A program made the translations under genes and the position numbers. 64,000 nt of DNA, from contig JBHGNT010000002.1 in NCBI GenBank assembly GCA_043228905.1, forward strand, positions 3,906,001 through 3,970,000, in the 5' to 3' direction. Below, piece by piece: positions 50,540 to 64,000 of this stretch. Below the pieces are notes generated by a model. The model saw nothing but the letters and a program-made list of their open reading frames with translations, did not search any database and had not been told where the DNA came from. Source of the stretch: Azolla caroliniana (Eukaryota; Plantae; Polypodiophyta). The first letter of the stretch is position 1; every line of letters starts with the position of its first letter.

Positions 50540-52198
50540 GCTGAAAAGCCCATGTCCTTCTCACATTGATATCAGAACAAATGCCCACATTTACATTGGT
50601 ATGGGTGTAGTACCACTTTATGTTGGAATTCGAAACGGAGTGCTTGCATTTTTTCTTTTTATGCATAAAAATCCAAACAAAGAAACAACTTGTCGTGCAC
50701 AGGGCCGTGATGACCGTACAACTAGTGTTGGTTACCTCATCATGATGACTAAACAGCCAGTAAAGGAAAAGCAACTCCTTGCAAAGAGTACAATGTGCTA
50801 TCTAAGAGCTTGGCTAAGAAGTGACTCTCATCAATAGTTCTAGATGGATTACATATCCTCCGCAATTTATTGATTTGAACTATAAACGCTTATTCAAGTC
50901 TAGCTCCCCCCAAGTTACGAGTCATTCAACAGTGCACACAATGTCATTTAATCGCGGTGAGGGTACGAAGTCCTACGGAATCAAGATAAAATGTAATAAC
51001 ATTACAAGAGTACATACTCATATGGACGCGAGATAAAATGTGATAACGTTACTTGGATTCATGAAATGAGAGAGCCTTACATAGGCTTAAAGTACAAGAG
51101 GTAAGACCTCATTCAATGAAGTTATGTGTGTTGAATGCTATCAAAGCTAGTGAGTTAATGGAGTGGGAGAAGAAGATTCAGCACAAAGATATGAAAATCT
51201 CTATTATAACGACATTGACCAACTTTAATATTAAGATTTTAATGGGTTTGTACGCGTTATGTTATTACGTGATTACCATTTGATCGAGCTTTGTGTACCC
51301 TTAAAAAAATAAATTTAAATCCTTGTTAAAGAGGTAGCATTATACATCAAGACCACACCTATATATGAAGAAGACCACGGTCTTTGCAAAGGCTCTAAGA
51401 TTTAATGATTATGTCAAAATGATTTTTACTGTAGGCGACAATGTTACAAGATTCTATCCATGATAACATGTTTACTATGCCAATGATTCGATCGAAGCAA
51501 TTCCTCAGTCTAGAGAACAACGTTGTGTATACATAGAATAGAAACTTTCACATGAAGGGATTGGATGTTTGTTCGTGGTTAAAAATCACTACATGGGTAT
51601 CAAAACACAGTCATATGGTTATATGTTTTTATGTCAATAATTCAATTGGAACAGAACCATGTTCTCCATTCATGTCATGCAGTGTTTTTTTTTGCGGTAA
51701 AATCACTGACATTGACAATGATTCAAGAAAGACATTTGTCGATAAGCATGATATATATGGAAACCTTACAAAAGACTCACCGGATTTTACTGTAAAAACA
51801 TGCAGGTATATAATTGAAAATTATTGTCGAAACTTTTGTAGGATTGGATCATTTTTATGGGACAAGAGGATGCCCACCAAGGGTGTGATCAATGTGAGAA
51901 TGAAGTAAACTCACTCACTCTTTATCTTTAATAACTTTGAATCAAATTTCACTAAGTTTTCAATCCAATACATTAATATTAATGATGATGATACAGTAAC
52001 CTTCACAATCATCTATCCAACTAGTCAATGAAATGATTAACTAGACAATATGAAATGATTTAACTTACACCTTGTATCATCTATCCATACATTCTTCAAA
52101 TTTTCAAAGCTGGAAAAAATTTGAAGCCATGCTATGCTGCTTGCTATATGCTAAGGGCTCATAAAAGAAGAAAAAGATGATTGAATGGATGATGAGGA

Positions 52199-55091
52199 TC
52201 ACTCGAATTGAAAACTCGACAGATTCGGCTTCTCGATTTCATCTCTCGTTTCCTTAGAATACGTGGAAGATCCTCCTCCCATGTTAAGGTCGGCGACAGC
52301 TTTGAGGATCGAGCAGGCTTTAGAGACCGATGCCGGAATGGTTAGACCTCCGGATTGCACGTCGGGGAACACGAAAGGCTCGCAAGAAGACCTTTTGCTT
52401 GATAGTGAAGAAGACTGCATTGGAACCCCGTTCTCTTTCTTAGTGAAAAGCCTCCGCATTTCGGCTTCGGCATCTCGTGTCGGATGATGCGCGTGATTTG
52501 GGTTCTGCTGTAGATGTAGATGTTGGTTTTGTTTATCATGATTTGGGATTTTTTGCTGTTGAATTTGAGGCTCGATAATTGTTGAATAACTTTGTTGCCT
52601 CCTATACTTTGTGTTCTCATCATTATCATTATCATTATCATCATCATCATCATCATCAATATGATCTTCTTTTTCTTTGCTTTGTAATGTTTCGGATTCA
52701 GTGAACATGCGATGATGATTCTTCGATCGATACTCTTCCAATGCTTTGAACGCACTCAGCACGGATTTCCCACCCTTCACTAATTTCTCTGCTTTCAGCT
52801 CAAGCGAGTCATTTTCTTGGATATATTTCCCTTCGTCGTCTCTATGCTCTCTCTTCGGATCATCATTCTGTAGATTTGTAGGCATGGTTTCTTTGGTATT
52901 TCCATCATTTGTCTTGGACATGGGGACCAAAAACTTCTCTTTTGATGATGCTTGGAGCTTTAGTAAATTGTTAGATCTTGCATGGACTCCATTAGCAGTC
53001 TCTCTCTCTGAGACTTGTATTTCTCTGAGAGGTGTCCTGTTATATGACTTCTTCAATCCAGTTGTTCCCATCTCTTTATCCTGTTTGTAGAACATTATCA
53101 TACCATGTCAATGTGATCAACAGGCATCCAAATAAGCATGGAATTTTTAGACTAAACCCATGGAGAATACACGCAAAAATAGACTCTGATTTTAGACACA
53201 AATCCATTTAAAATACATAAAAAAACACTGATTTATTTAGTCACAAATTAATGGACATACATATACAAATCTAGATATGCTGTTAACACAACTCGATAAT
53301 GTAGACCATGGAAACGCTTACAAATAGCATTGATTGATATAAACGGCCACATCTTAATAGAAATTCATGAAAAACGTATGATTATACACTGAATTAAGAC
53401 ACAAATGCATGGAAATGCTTACAAATAAGCGTCCATGTAAACACAAATCCAAGGAAATTCATGCAAATAGGCATTGATCTTGACAGCAATCATAGATTTA
53501 CATACACATAAACATTGCTGTAGACAAACCAATGCAAATACACACAAATATGCATTAGACACAAATCCATGAAGATACATACAGATGAATTGGTCTTGGC
53601 ACAAAACCGTGGTTTACAAAGAAGACAGACAGAAAGACTTACCTTGATCAAATCAAGATGGCCAATCTCAGAATTGATTGAGTTTTCCATCGATCCATCA
53701 ACAATGCGGGCTGCACTTGTGGTTCTTCGAAGAGGTGAATTCTCTCTTTTTCTCAAGAATTTTTGGTTAGTATCATTCTGGTCAATTCCAGCCATAGATG
53801 ATGTGGTAATTGTTCCTTTTCTGGGTGCAGCACACGAGGAAGTGAAGGATTCATGGCCTAATGATACCTTACTCTGTTGAGTTTGTCTCTTCATTAGACC
53901 AACAGAAGCAGAAGATGATGATGATGATGTCGATGATGATGGTGGTGGTGGTATAACAACAAGAGATGATTTCTTTGGCGGTGAAGGTTTTCTCATATAT
54001 CCTTCTGTCAGTGGAGCTAGCTCAGCCAATTCTCTGCTAGGATGCCTTCTATGGGAAGCACTGAAAGATGACAAGGAAGGAGGATTTTGATAATGTTGAT
54101 GATGATCTGATGGAGCATTTTGTTTGGTTATGTTATTACTGTATTGTAATGGGCGAGCTTTAATGGCTTCTTGATGCTTTGTGTTAGGGCTTATAGATCC
54201 TCTGAGAGACGAGTTCTTTGAGAAGCGAGGGCTTCCAGGGTGATTATCTCTAACACTCTGAACTCGTTTTAATGGAGAAGAAGGAGAAGAATATCTCTGA
54301 GTCGATGCTACTACTTCGGTTGTTGCAGATGAAGATGGTAACGATGTTGGAAGAAAGGTCTTCTTCTTGGGAGTAAGAGCTATGGAGTTGTTTACTAGCT
54401 CTGAGTTCTTCTCAGTATGAGGAGAAGACGTATTCTTTTTTCCTGTAACAGTATTTCTTGTCGCAGAAGAAGAAGGCAGACCGTTCTGGTATGACATTAG
54501 GTTTTCATCTCCGCCATAGCCACGTCTTAATGAAGGATGAATCTCTGCTTTCATGGCTGTGTGAGAAGATGAAGACGATGATTTTTTCAAGCTTTCTGCT
54601 TGTTGGGAAAGCCATTGCTTCCTTGCAAATGATGGGAATTTATAGTCCTTTATCTCTTCTGCTTCTCCTTCTTCTTCCTCCTCTTCTTCGTCATCATCGC
54701 CATCTGTGTTTTCGTCTTCGTCTGTGTTTGAGATCGGAGATTTTCTTTGATCTGGCGATGATGGAACGGTACGCATCATGGGTCTGAGGGGAGAAGAAGC
54801 TTTGTTTCTGTTGACACCATAGCAGCTTTGTTTCTGGCGATCACATCTAGCATGACCGGAAGAAGAAAGAGAAACAGAAGAAGAATTAGGTTTAGAAGAA
54901 GAAGGATAAATCACCGGAGAAGCAGGAATTGTTTCATTCCGCTGCTTCGTAAGATCTAGTTTTGGAGATCGCCATTGATTCTTCAGATCAGAGGGTTCCT
55001 CCTCTACAACAGCAGCAGTAGCAGCAGTAGTAGGGTGAGTGTCGAGATCCTCAACTTTTGTCTGAGAGTGTTTACTGAAGCAAGCTCCCAT
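52199..55091 (-). CDS. Ser-rich intrinsically disordered protein (about 776 aa) with N-terminal myristoylation/S-acylation motif; resembles the uncharacterised At1g65710-like family
   Basis: Exons 55091-53643 (donor AAG|GTAAGT) and 53080-52199 (acceptor AACAG|GAT) join in phase 0. Starts MGACFSK; C-terminal motif SKACSILKAVADLN. The family assignment is from recall of that motif, not from a search. Confidence 0.8.
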
Positions 55092-55623
55092 GGTTTAAAA
55101 GATAATGGCGATGATGAAAGGTTCTTCTGTAATGATTTTTCAGAAGACAACAGAGATCTGCGAGAGAAGCAGCGTAGTAACCATGGATTTCCTTGTATCG
55201 GTACAAAGGGAGCTTAATTAGAAGCTATGGCGATCGAATCTTTCTGCTATGAGATAAAAAAAGAACCGAATTTTCCTTTCTTCTCTGAGGAAAACAACCT
55301 AAAAGTAACCCTAAGGAGACTCACAGGAGCTTAAGTAGCTATGGAAATCACAGAAGCTTTAGTGGCGATGGGAGCGATCGACAGAGAAACTTGATGAATC
55401 AGCGAATGGCGACAGAAGTTGAGGCCAATTAATCAATTGATTACAAGCTGCGGCTAGAATAGAAGCTGTCAGCTATGGCGATACAGAAGCTTTGAAAAAG
55501 CTAGGTTAGAGAGCAAAAGAGGGGGGAGGGGGGGCGATTACAGAAGAACCTGTGTATGCGAAGGCCTTCTTTCTCTGTCTCTACTCTTCGTCTTCGCGGT
55601 CTCTTCTGCTCTGCAGGAAAAGG

Positions 55624-55658
55624 AAACCCTAACCCTAACCCTAACCCTAACCCTAACC
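55624..55658 (-). promoter_or_regulatory. (TTAGGG)5 telo-box-like array in the promoter/5' UTR region of the minus-strand gene
   Basis: AAA(CCCTAA)5CC on the + strand, about 530 bp upstream of the ATG at 55091. Confidence 0.6.
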
Positions 55659-58600
55659 ATAATCTGTTTCTTCCTATTGTTCTCTTCCTTTTTCTGCAGA
55701 TGTCTTTCTGGCCATGGAAGCTAATCCTTATCGCAACGGTAAGAAAATAAAATTATTTATTTATTTATTTTATTTATTAAATAACAATAATAATGAGCCA
55801 AAAAAGCAAACAAATGTATTAAAAACCCCAGCATTTTCAGTTTTTTTATTTTTATTTTTGTTTTTTCGGGAGATGTTTTGCTTTATATTCTATTTTCTAA
55901 TTTAAAGCAATTACTAAAAATCCCCCATCATTTTCATTTTTTTATTTTATGTTTTTTCCGAAAATACATATGGTCTCATTTTCTAAATCTATTTCATATT
56001 CAAATGCATTGGCAAACATTCTTTTTCATACGAATACGTATGTTATCACAACATTCTTGTGTTGTTTTTTTTTACACTTTTTACTTTAACATTCTTACCT
56101 TTAAAAAATTTTATCTTATAATATAAATAATGAAAATATAAAAGCATGGTATTTACCATACTTCGAGGGTGTTTTACCAGACTCGAATGGTTGAAACATT
56201 CGCGAATGCGCATGTGCGTATGTTACGTATGGTTCATACTATGATCTATTTATTCTTGCCTTTTCCCAAAATCCTGCATTTTGTTCAAATAATAAAAAAA
56301 CAATAAAAAAATTTAATACAAATATTATTATTTATTTAAAAAAACAAAATAATCAAGTCTTAAAATTATATATATGTATATATATATATTAGTGGACTAG
56401 AGAAACAAATATAAATAAATAAATAAATAAATAAAATCATGTTTTTAAATTTTTCCTTTAAAAAAAAAAAAGAAGCAAATTTTATTTGTTTGTTTTTCTG
56501 GGTCTTATGTATATATATAATAATATATGTATATACATAAATACATTAATAAATATCCCACCACTTCGTTCTTTTGCAGTTTTATCTTTTTTAAATAGGA
56601 AAAAAAAAAGAATATAAATAAATAAATCCTATCATTACTGTTTTTCTGTTTCGTTTTTTGGATTTCCTGCTTTTTCAAAATTATTATTTGTTTTGATTTC
56701 TTGCTTTTCTTTTAAAGCTGCGCTTTTTTGGTTTCTTTTTGCTTTTTGCTTTTTGCTTTCTGCGTTTCTCTTTCCTCTGTTTTGCTTTTCTTCTCGATTT
56801 TCACTTATAGTCATAAAACTTCCTGTTTTTTTACCGTTTTCCGCTCCGATTTTTTTTCTAAGCATTTTCTTTTCTATTTCCTTTCTTCTCCTCATTTATT
56901 TTTTTGTGTTTTTTCTCCTTCTTTTTGCCCGAACGAGTAATTCCTTTCTATTTTATTGAATTAAAAAAACTATAAAAAATAAACAGAAAAAAAAAATTTT
57001 TGAATGATTTTCTTTTGCTGCAATTATCCCCCAAAAGATTTTTTTTATTGAACGAAATCTTCAAGAAAATCTCAAATTTGAGTCCAAAACTAACTTAAAA
57101 GTCAACGAAATTCCATCATTATTCAATAATTACTTATGACATAATTGTAGTTAATTGAATTATTTGGGCTAAATTTTAGTTCCCCATTAAGCTAATCTAT
57201 GACTCAATTGATTTACTTATGACTATAATTGTGGGTAATTGAATTATTTGGATTAACTTCTAGTTCTTCATTTAGCAATCTATTGACTCCAATTGTTTTA
57301 CTTTTTAATTTTCATTCAAATGTAGACAGTGGAGGGTTTATGAGAAATCTCTGAGAATACCCCTCCATACCTTTCTCCTTAATAACCATCCCTACCCTTC
57401 CAATAACATAATTCCTCCAAGAATCCCATCATAATAATACCTTGATCAAACCTTCTTCTTGGCGCTTCTCCTTGTCATACCATCATAATGATGTGTTAAT
57501 TCTAGATTGTCCGCACAGTTAACCCCTTTGAACAACATTTCTAGAGCCAAGCTCACGTGAAGAACATGTGCGTTGAAGCTACTTGATCATCCTCCATATG
57601 TGCATCATTGCAACCTTGATTGTCGATGTAAAGTAAAGAAGCCAATACCATACAAAGGGGGTCCAAATATAAACTACATTGATTGGGAATCACAAATACA
57701 CACAAGCATGTTAGGCTTCATACAACAGTAGGGTAGATGTTGGTAATTGCTCACAATTTGGCATGTGTGAGATCCAATGTATTTGAGATTGTGTTGTTAC
57801 CGATTCGCGACAATGGCTTATATTTGCTCATGGTGTATTCATCTATTTTCACATATAGTTTATGCATGTCATTTCATGTGCACAATCAAGCTTTTGACGA
57901 CTAGATAGGCCATCACCTATCTAACTCAATGGGATGGCATATTCTTGCCCACATACTTTGGAAGAGACCTTATGCATGCACACACTTGCAATGAATAAAA
58001 CATGAAGAGCATTATTAAACTATAGAAGAGCAAAAGATGTGATTAAGGGGCGATGAGGTGAGCACGGTGACAAAAAGGTTGTGTGAAATTTGTTTTGTAG
58101 AGTTTTTGCGGATACATACACACATACAAAGCCAGATACAAACATCAATGGAAATGCACATGCAAACACAAAAGACAAATACATATACACATACAAGCAC
58201 ATACATTTCGACAACTATAAGTGCACTCAAATGGAATCATCAAGTACACACGAGGGATACAAAGGGGCTCTAGAGGACGATTAATATCATCAATATCAGG
58301 GGAGATTTTCTTGGGCATAGAGTTAAGTTTCCTTCACAAGCATGAAAAAAGTTGGAAACAAGTTGTTATGGAAAAAATAATCGGAAAAAATAAGGAAACA
58401 TGAGAAAGAAATTTGTCGGTTCTTCCAAGAATTAATCGATATGTCGTGATGTGACTCCTAAATTGTTCCATGTACATATAAATAATTTGAAGGGGAAATC
58501 TCGAGATTAATCTTCACATTAAGGGGGGTAATATTGGTCCAATCCTCTCGGCATCTTTGGAGAACATCACCTTATATGCATGCCATTGGTAAACACAAAA

Positions 58601-59899
58601 GAAAAAAATGTAGATATACATACTCCATAGTCCAGACTCCACATCGATAGACGAAATTGAACATCTCGTAAGTACATGAGGTAAAATACAAGGATGATTT
58701 ACGCGGGGATTAATGTTGGGATTAAAGCTTTAAATAAAATAAATAAAACATGCGCGTTTTAACTCTACTCTTTTCCCGTGAACAAAATTTATTCTATGGG
58801 CACTCGAGACGAGAATATGATACTCTCCCCCCTCCCCCCCCCCCCCAAAAAAAAGTGATTCAAAAGCATTACAAGGAATTGGGAAGATGATGGTTCCGCG
58901 CTTCGCTCGTCTCACATGAACTATTATGTCACTTGAAAAGTTGAATGGTTTTTGAAACGGCTATCAAAGGGCTCCAATCTCCTATGTCCTTTTTTTCTTT
59001 GGTCTAAACGGTCTCTTCATTCTTTCGCTTTGGTTGTCGTTTTGACCATTCAAAAATATTTGAACCCTTGCCTTTAATATTTCCTTCATGTATTCCTTGT
59101 GAAATTGATTGTTTTATGAGATCCAAGGATTGTGACATTTTTAAAGGTTGTGTGTACTTTAACGATTTTAAACCTTTGTACATACAATACATCTAGAACT
59201 ATATATATAAAAAGTGTACATGCAAAAGCTACTTCTATGTGTATGTGCATGTTCAACAGTCAAGCACTCATGTGTCTACAATAAGTGGCATGTGTTATGT
59301 ATCACTTATATATTTGGGGATTGCATCGTCTAGATTCTAGGGTCTATATTATATGCTATATATGACATTATGTCCAGATTGTTGCCAATTACCAACTAAT
59401 ACATGTTGGTTGCATCTATATACACATTGTATATTATGATAATTGATATTAATGTGCAATGGTAATGATATGCCTAAATGTGCTTATATGTGTTGCTTTT
59501 ATACAAAATTAGGTTTGTTGTGCTTGGTCAAAGTTTATGTTGTTGATCAAGGGAAATTTAAGATATAACACACAATTAAGGAAGTTTAAAATCAGCACAT
59601 ATGCGACTTCTAAGTTCTAGCTAACAGGTCATGGGTATACATTTCCAACATGTCCTTTGATTAGAGTTACATTAATGAAATCATGTTAGTTCTTTTTTTG
59701 AAGTTGAAAGTACTTCATCGACCATAAACTCATGGGCTTGATCAATGTATCAATCGTCCACTTGTAGTTCTAATCGTTATGAATTATATTGATGATAAGC
59801 AATATAACAAGATATTAAGGAAAAGTAGTTGACTACACTAACCACCATTGAATATTACCTCATGTCATAACTTGGAACTTAAATAACATATATATAATC

Positions 59900-61030
59900 A
59901 ATAGAGTCTCAGTAGCATCTCAATATGTTGTATTCAATAGTTAGTACCTTTTATATGGCACAAAATCTAAGTCTCCACTCCGTATGGGTTTTTTCTTGAG
60001 TAAGAGGGTCACCTTGCTTCAGAGTCCTCATACTCTTAAACATTAAAATTAGCTTTAGGAATGGTTCTTATGGTTATGTCTATAACATGAAGGATAAGTG
60101 GATGCAATCTATTTTTCTATGTTTTATGCTAGAATACATTTGGCTAATTCCACATGTTTTTATAGAATACACCATACCCTTGTTCATCCCATGGCATTCA
60201 TGATTCTTCTTTAGGTTCACAAATGTGGCCCAAATTCCTCTATTACCAACACACAAACTGTCATAGATTTCAGCTATTAGCTTTGAACGATGTTCCTTCT
60301 TATACGGAACCAATCCTCTTCCTCAAGTGTTTCTATAAATGCCCTCCATACAAAAGATCTACCAAAACATGGGAATATGTAGACTCAAACTTGAAAGATC
60401 ATCCCATAAAAGAGAGAGACAATCCATTTTTAATGGTTACCTCCGTCTCTACGAAGTAGTTTGATCACTTTGTTTGTCATCATGATTCCCCATAAATATC
60501 TCTTATAGCTTGCACGTATCCTCTTTGAATTCAACTTAATAATGTTGCTCCAAATTGGTGTGCTTAATGGTTTCCATCCAAGCTCTCTTGGTTGATGAAC
60601 CAACTAGTTCTTATGAGGTTTTCATCCACTATCACAACAAATAATCTATCACTCAATTAGTTAGAATCAGCCTTCCTTTAACTATCCACATGTTGGAATC
60701 TTGGGTTGCTACAATTTTGACTATTTGCCATAAAACATTAGGTGTAGATTTTCTAATTGCTGTAACATTTTTTCACAATCTTCAATGTGCTTAGCCATGA
60801 TGTATTTACACCCATTACCTTTCACAAACTCATATCTTCCTTTTTCTAAGAAACCCTTTATCATGATATCATCCAAGAAAGGCATGGTGAATTCAAGACA
60901 ACAATCTCTTAGCACTTTGTTCATGGCATTCATGAAGGAACCTGTAAGTTGATTTTGCGAAACTTGAAAAATAATAGACATACCAAAACACAACAAAAGC
61001 TTTGAATTGGTGGGTGTGGCATCCATCCTC
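59900..61030 (-). mobile_element. Degraded Ty3/Gypsy RT-integrase remnant
   Basis: FMNAMNKVLRD...PFLDDIMIKG (RT) and IYDSLCVGNRGIWATF...IKTCGISQ (decayed integrase zinc-binding region). Confidence 0.7.
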
Positions 61031-61329
61031 CAAAAGAATATGTACTATTTTCAAGTGAAAAAATACATCTTTATTTTTAGGAGAAAACCATAGATCATGC
61101 TCACATATCACATAAGGGTTCTCTATTTTTAGAATAAAAGTAAAGCTCATGCTAACACATAGATTCCCAATTCAATAAATAAAAAAGTTTTTTTGCCCCT
61201 ACGTATGTAATGTATAAAAAGGAGGGTTTCCCCTAATCGATCTTTTTTTAGTAACACTTTTATTACTTGTGGGAAACCTCAAAGTGAGGTGAAAACACAC
61301 AAAGAATAAAGAAAAATATACAAGTGTCA

Positions 61330-61950
61330 GTTAGACACTAAAGAGCTTAAAAGCACTCAAAGTAAAGATTGTAAATTTGCAATGTGATGTCTCTAAGTTG
61401 CAGACAATCAAATAGAGATTGCCTGAGGGATTGCTTTAAAGAAGCTAACTTCATGTAGTTGGTTTCGATCAAATACCTTATTATTGTGGGTTGTCCAAAT
61501 GGTCAGAGTGCCCAAAATCGTGTCCATTGGAGAAAATAAGCATTGTTGGATAGGGCACACAGAATTTGTCAAAATATCCAAAAGTGTTTCCCAAACCTTC
61601 GACCAAGAAATCTATGATAAAGAAATGCACTTGGTCTTTGTACAAATGTTGTAGTGAATGAGAAAGTCCATAATAAGTGTGGGATCGTTTGCAATTGTCG
61701 ACCACATATTGCACAATGCGGCGAGGCTATCAATCTCTTTTGAAGATTTGACCCAGTCGGGAGCACACCCAATAGGCATCTCCATAGGAATACTCGTTGC
61801 TTAAGTGGAAGACTAGAGCTCCATAAGCTTGTAAGCCTGTTTTTCCACCAGGACTACGTTTTGTGTAGGTTCCATTTTGTGTACGTTTTGTGTATAACGA
61901 CATGTCTAGCACATCTGCAATTGATTTTAGCCCTCTCTTTGCTAAAAAAT
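61330..61950 (-). mobile_element. Degraded LINE 3' fragment (zf-RVT region)
   Basis: GVLPTGSNLQKRLIASPHCAICGRQLQTIPHLLW matches the zf-RVT pattern; frameshifted. Confidence 0.65.
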
Positions 61951-63768
61951 AAGCTTTCCTAGGCTCTCGTTCAGCTAGTGACCCCCTAATCGATCTCTAA
62001 TAGATAAACACTAGTTGAAGTCATCATTCTTTGTATTGTTATCTTGCCAACGGTTGTTTTATCATATGTCTCACTACTCCATTTTATGCTCTTGTCTCCC
62101 CTACACTCTCATTTCTTGGTCTCTTAACTTTGTTTGTCGAATTCCATTATGTCGACCCCCCTTGTTTGTATATATATTTACCTTTAACTTTTCATGAACA
62201 ATGATGTATTAATCACAAAGGACTCCAATGAACAATTAAAGATAATATAAATAATCTCATGACCTACATAACTATATTATTTAACAACCACCATAGTTGG
62301 TGAATATGGTCTTACCAATATAACTGACATTTGAACCTCCTAAAGCAAAAACAATCATGAAGTTCCTAACAACGAGATTGTCATAGCAACTTAGCTTTCA
62401 ACCTCTAAATATGTCTCTACACCCTAGGTTGTGCCTCAAAGACAAATTCCTTTCATTTGGGCAAAATATTCCATAACCTCCAATATCTCAAGAAGTGAAA
62501 AACCATTTGAACTTGTGATAACATCTCTTATCCAACCAAGGAAACATACATGAAGTGAGGACTTTGAAACCCCATTTATGGAAGCCTTGTATGTATGTAC
62601 ATATGTACGTACGTATATATATGGATGGATGTATGTGTATATGGACATATTGTGACACTAGACAAGTGATCAAGGGACGTTTGCTAGGTTCCAATGACAT
62701 GGTACAAAAGAAACACATTCCACAAACCCTCTTCTTTAAAGCATCTCCCATGGGTAATAACACCTAGACCATAAGCTCAAAAGAAAAACCTTAGCTCTTA
62801 AAAATGGAAGACAAGAAGGCCAACCCATGCCTAACACACTTTGCAACTCATACCCTCATAACCTTCTCATCCATCCACTCATTCCTATGAATGGTTTTAT
62901 GATTTATATTGGGAAGACACCAATGTCCAATCAATTGTAGGTGTAGACTCAAGGAGTTTTAGAATTGTGTTTCACAAAGCTATCACTCCCTATATCTTAG
63001 AACAAATTTACCTATAGTTTCTATAAGTGAGAAATCTCTTCCTAGCTATTCAAAATGTCATTATACTTCATTTAGAATCCAACATGGTGTTCCATACGAT
63101 AATTAACCCAACTTATTGATGGACACATTGGTTCAAGATGGGTGGTGACCAAGAGTTTAGTCATCATCCTCAATATGACTTGATAGATCTTGATCAAATC
63201 TCACTTCGTTGCATCTTCCTTCTTACGACTCACACACACACCACTATACACTCATTTTCCTTATTTGATTAAGCTTCTTTAAGAGATTCTTTTTATTCCC
63301 TCTTAAACCCAACACACTCCAACGAGGGATTTTTCTTAAACATCAAACATATCACTCTTTATTTCTCAATCTCTCATTAAATAAAGTAAGCTTTACAAGA
63401 AACATGCATGTATGGTCATTAAGATGGAATAATCCTTACGACAACAAATCATGACCTTAATGAGTACGATTACATATTAATCTATATAAGATTTCTATAA
63501 CAACCAACAATCCTTAAACCTCTCTCGCTTCTCTTTCTTTCTTCTTCCTTACTTACCTTTCTATAGGTATTCAAGTTTTTCTCTCCTCATGATTGATGTG
63601 ATGGTGAGGAGACCTTTTTGCATTGCAAACCAATTCATGTGCCCTTTGCACTTAATGTTTGGATTGTTTTGATTTACCACTTTTCTTTGGAGTGCATACA
63701 TTGATTCTCACAAGTCATGATCCTTCCTTTATTTTTCTTCACAATTGCTTGTTCAATTAAGGTGATCC

Positions 63769-64000
63769 TATGGTTAGTTTGTTGTTCGTAGGGCTTGTTT
63801 CTCTAGGTTTGTGTATTCCCAAGTACTCTATGGTTAGTTTATTGCTCGTAGGGCTTGCTTCTCTAGTTCGGTGTATTCCCAAGTATTCCATAGTTAGTTT
63901 ATTGTTCCTAGGGCTTGTTTCGCTAGCTCCATGTACTCCCAAGTAATCTATGGTTAGTTTATTGTTCCTCATACTTGTTTCTCTAGCTCCATGTATTTCC
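63769..64000. repeat. 60-bp tandem repeat, about 4 copies visible, running off the window end
   Basis: Unit approximately TATGGTTAGTTTATTGTTCGTAGGGCTTGTTTCTCTAGCTCCGTGTATTCCCAAGTACTC starting at 63769, 63829, 63889 and 63949. Confidence 0.93.

Noticed and set aside
56635-56959. Lys-rich and Phe-rich ORFs
   Set aside because: Low-complexity T-rich upstream sequence with no coding signature.

Overview
AT-rich, repeat-rich nuclear DNA from a land plant; a fern is the most likely source (inferred from the long single-exon PLS-class PPR gene and the retroelement types). All coordinates and splice models were read by eye. Six intact-looking protein-coding genes: (1) a PurK-only gene (N5-CAIR synthetase), 10 exons at 1004-5009 with the first exon upstream of the window; (2) a separate PurE-only gene (class I N5-CAIR mutase) at 13490-17775 with its own promoter and transit-peptide exon; (3) a plastid-type dienelactone hydrolase family gene; (4) a GT47 xyloglucan galactosyltransferase-like gene; (5) a PLS-E PPR gene; (6) a two-exon gene for an N-acylated disordered protein. 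The main result is that the normally fused plant PurK-PurE AIR carboxylase is split into two tandem genes. About 1 kb of intron before the PurK exons (1-1006) recurs before the PurE exons (15527-16663), which points to duplication followed by reciprocal domain loss. The rest is retroelement sequence: a young 5'-truncated LINE with an open ORF2 and an inverted near-identical short copy (both with TSDs), degraded Gypsy, RTE and LINE fragments, a hAT-type MITE, a PPR pseudogene, and many mini- and microsatellites.
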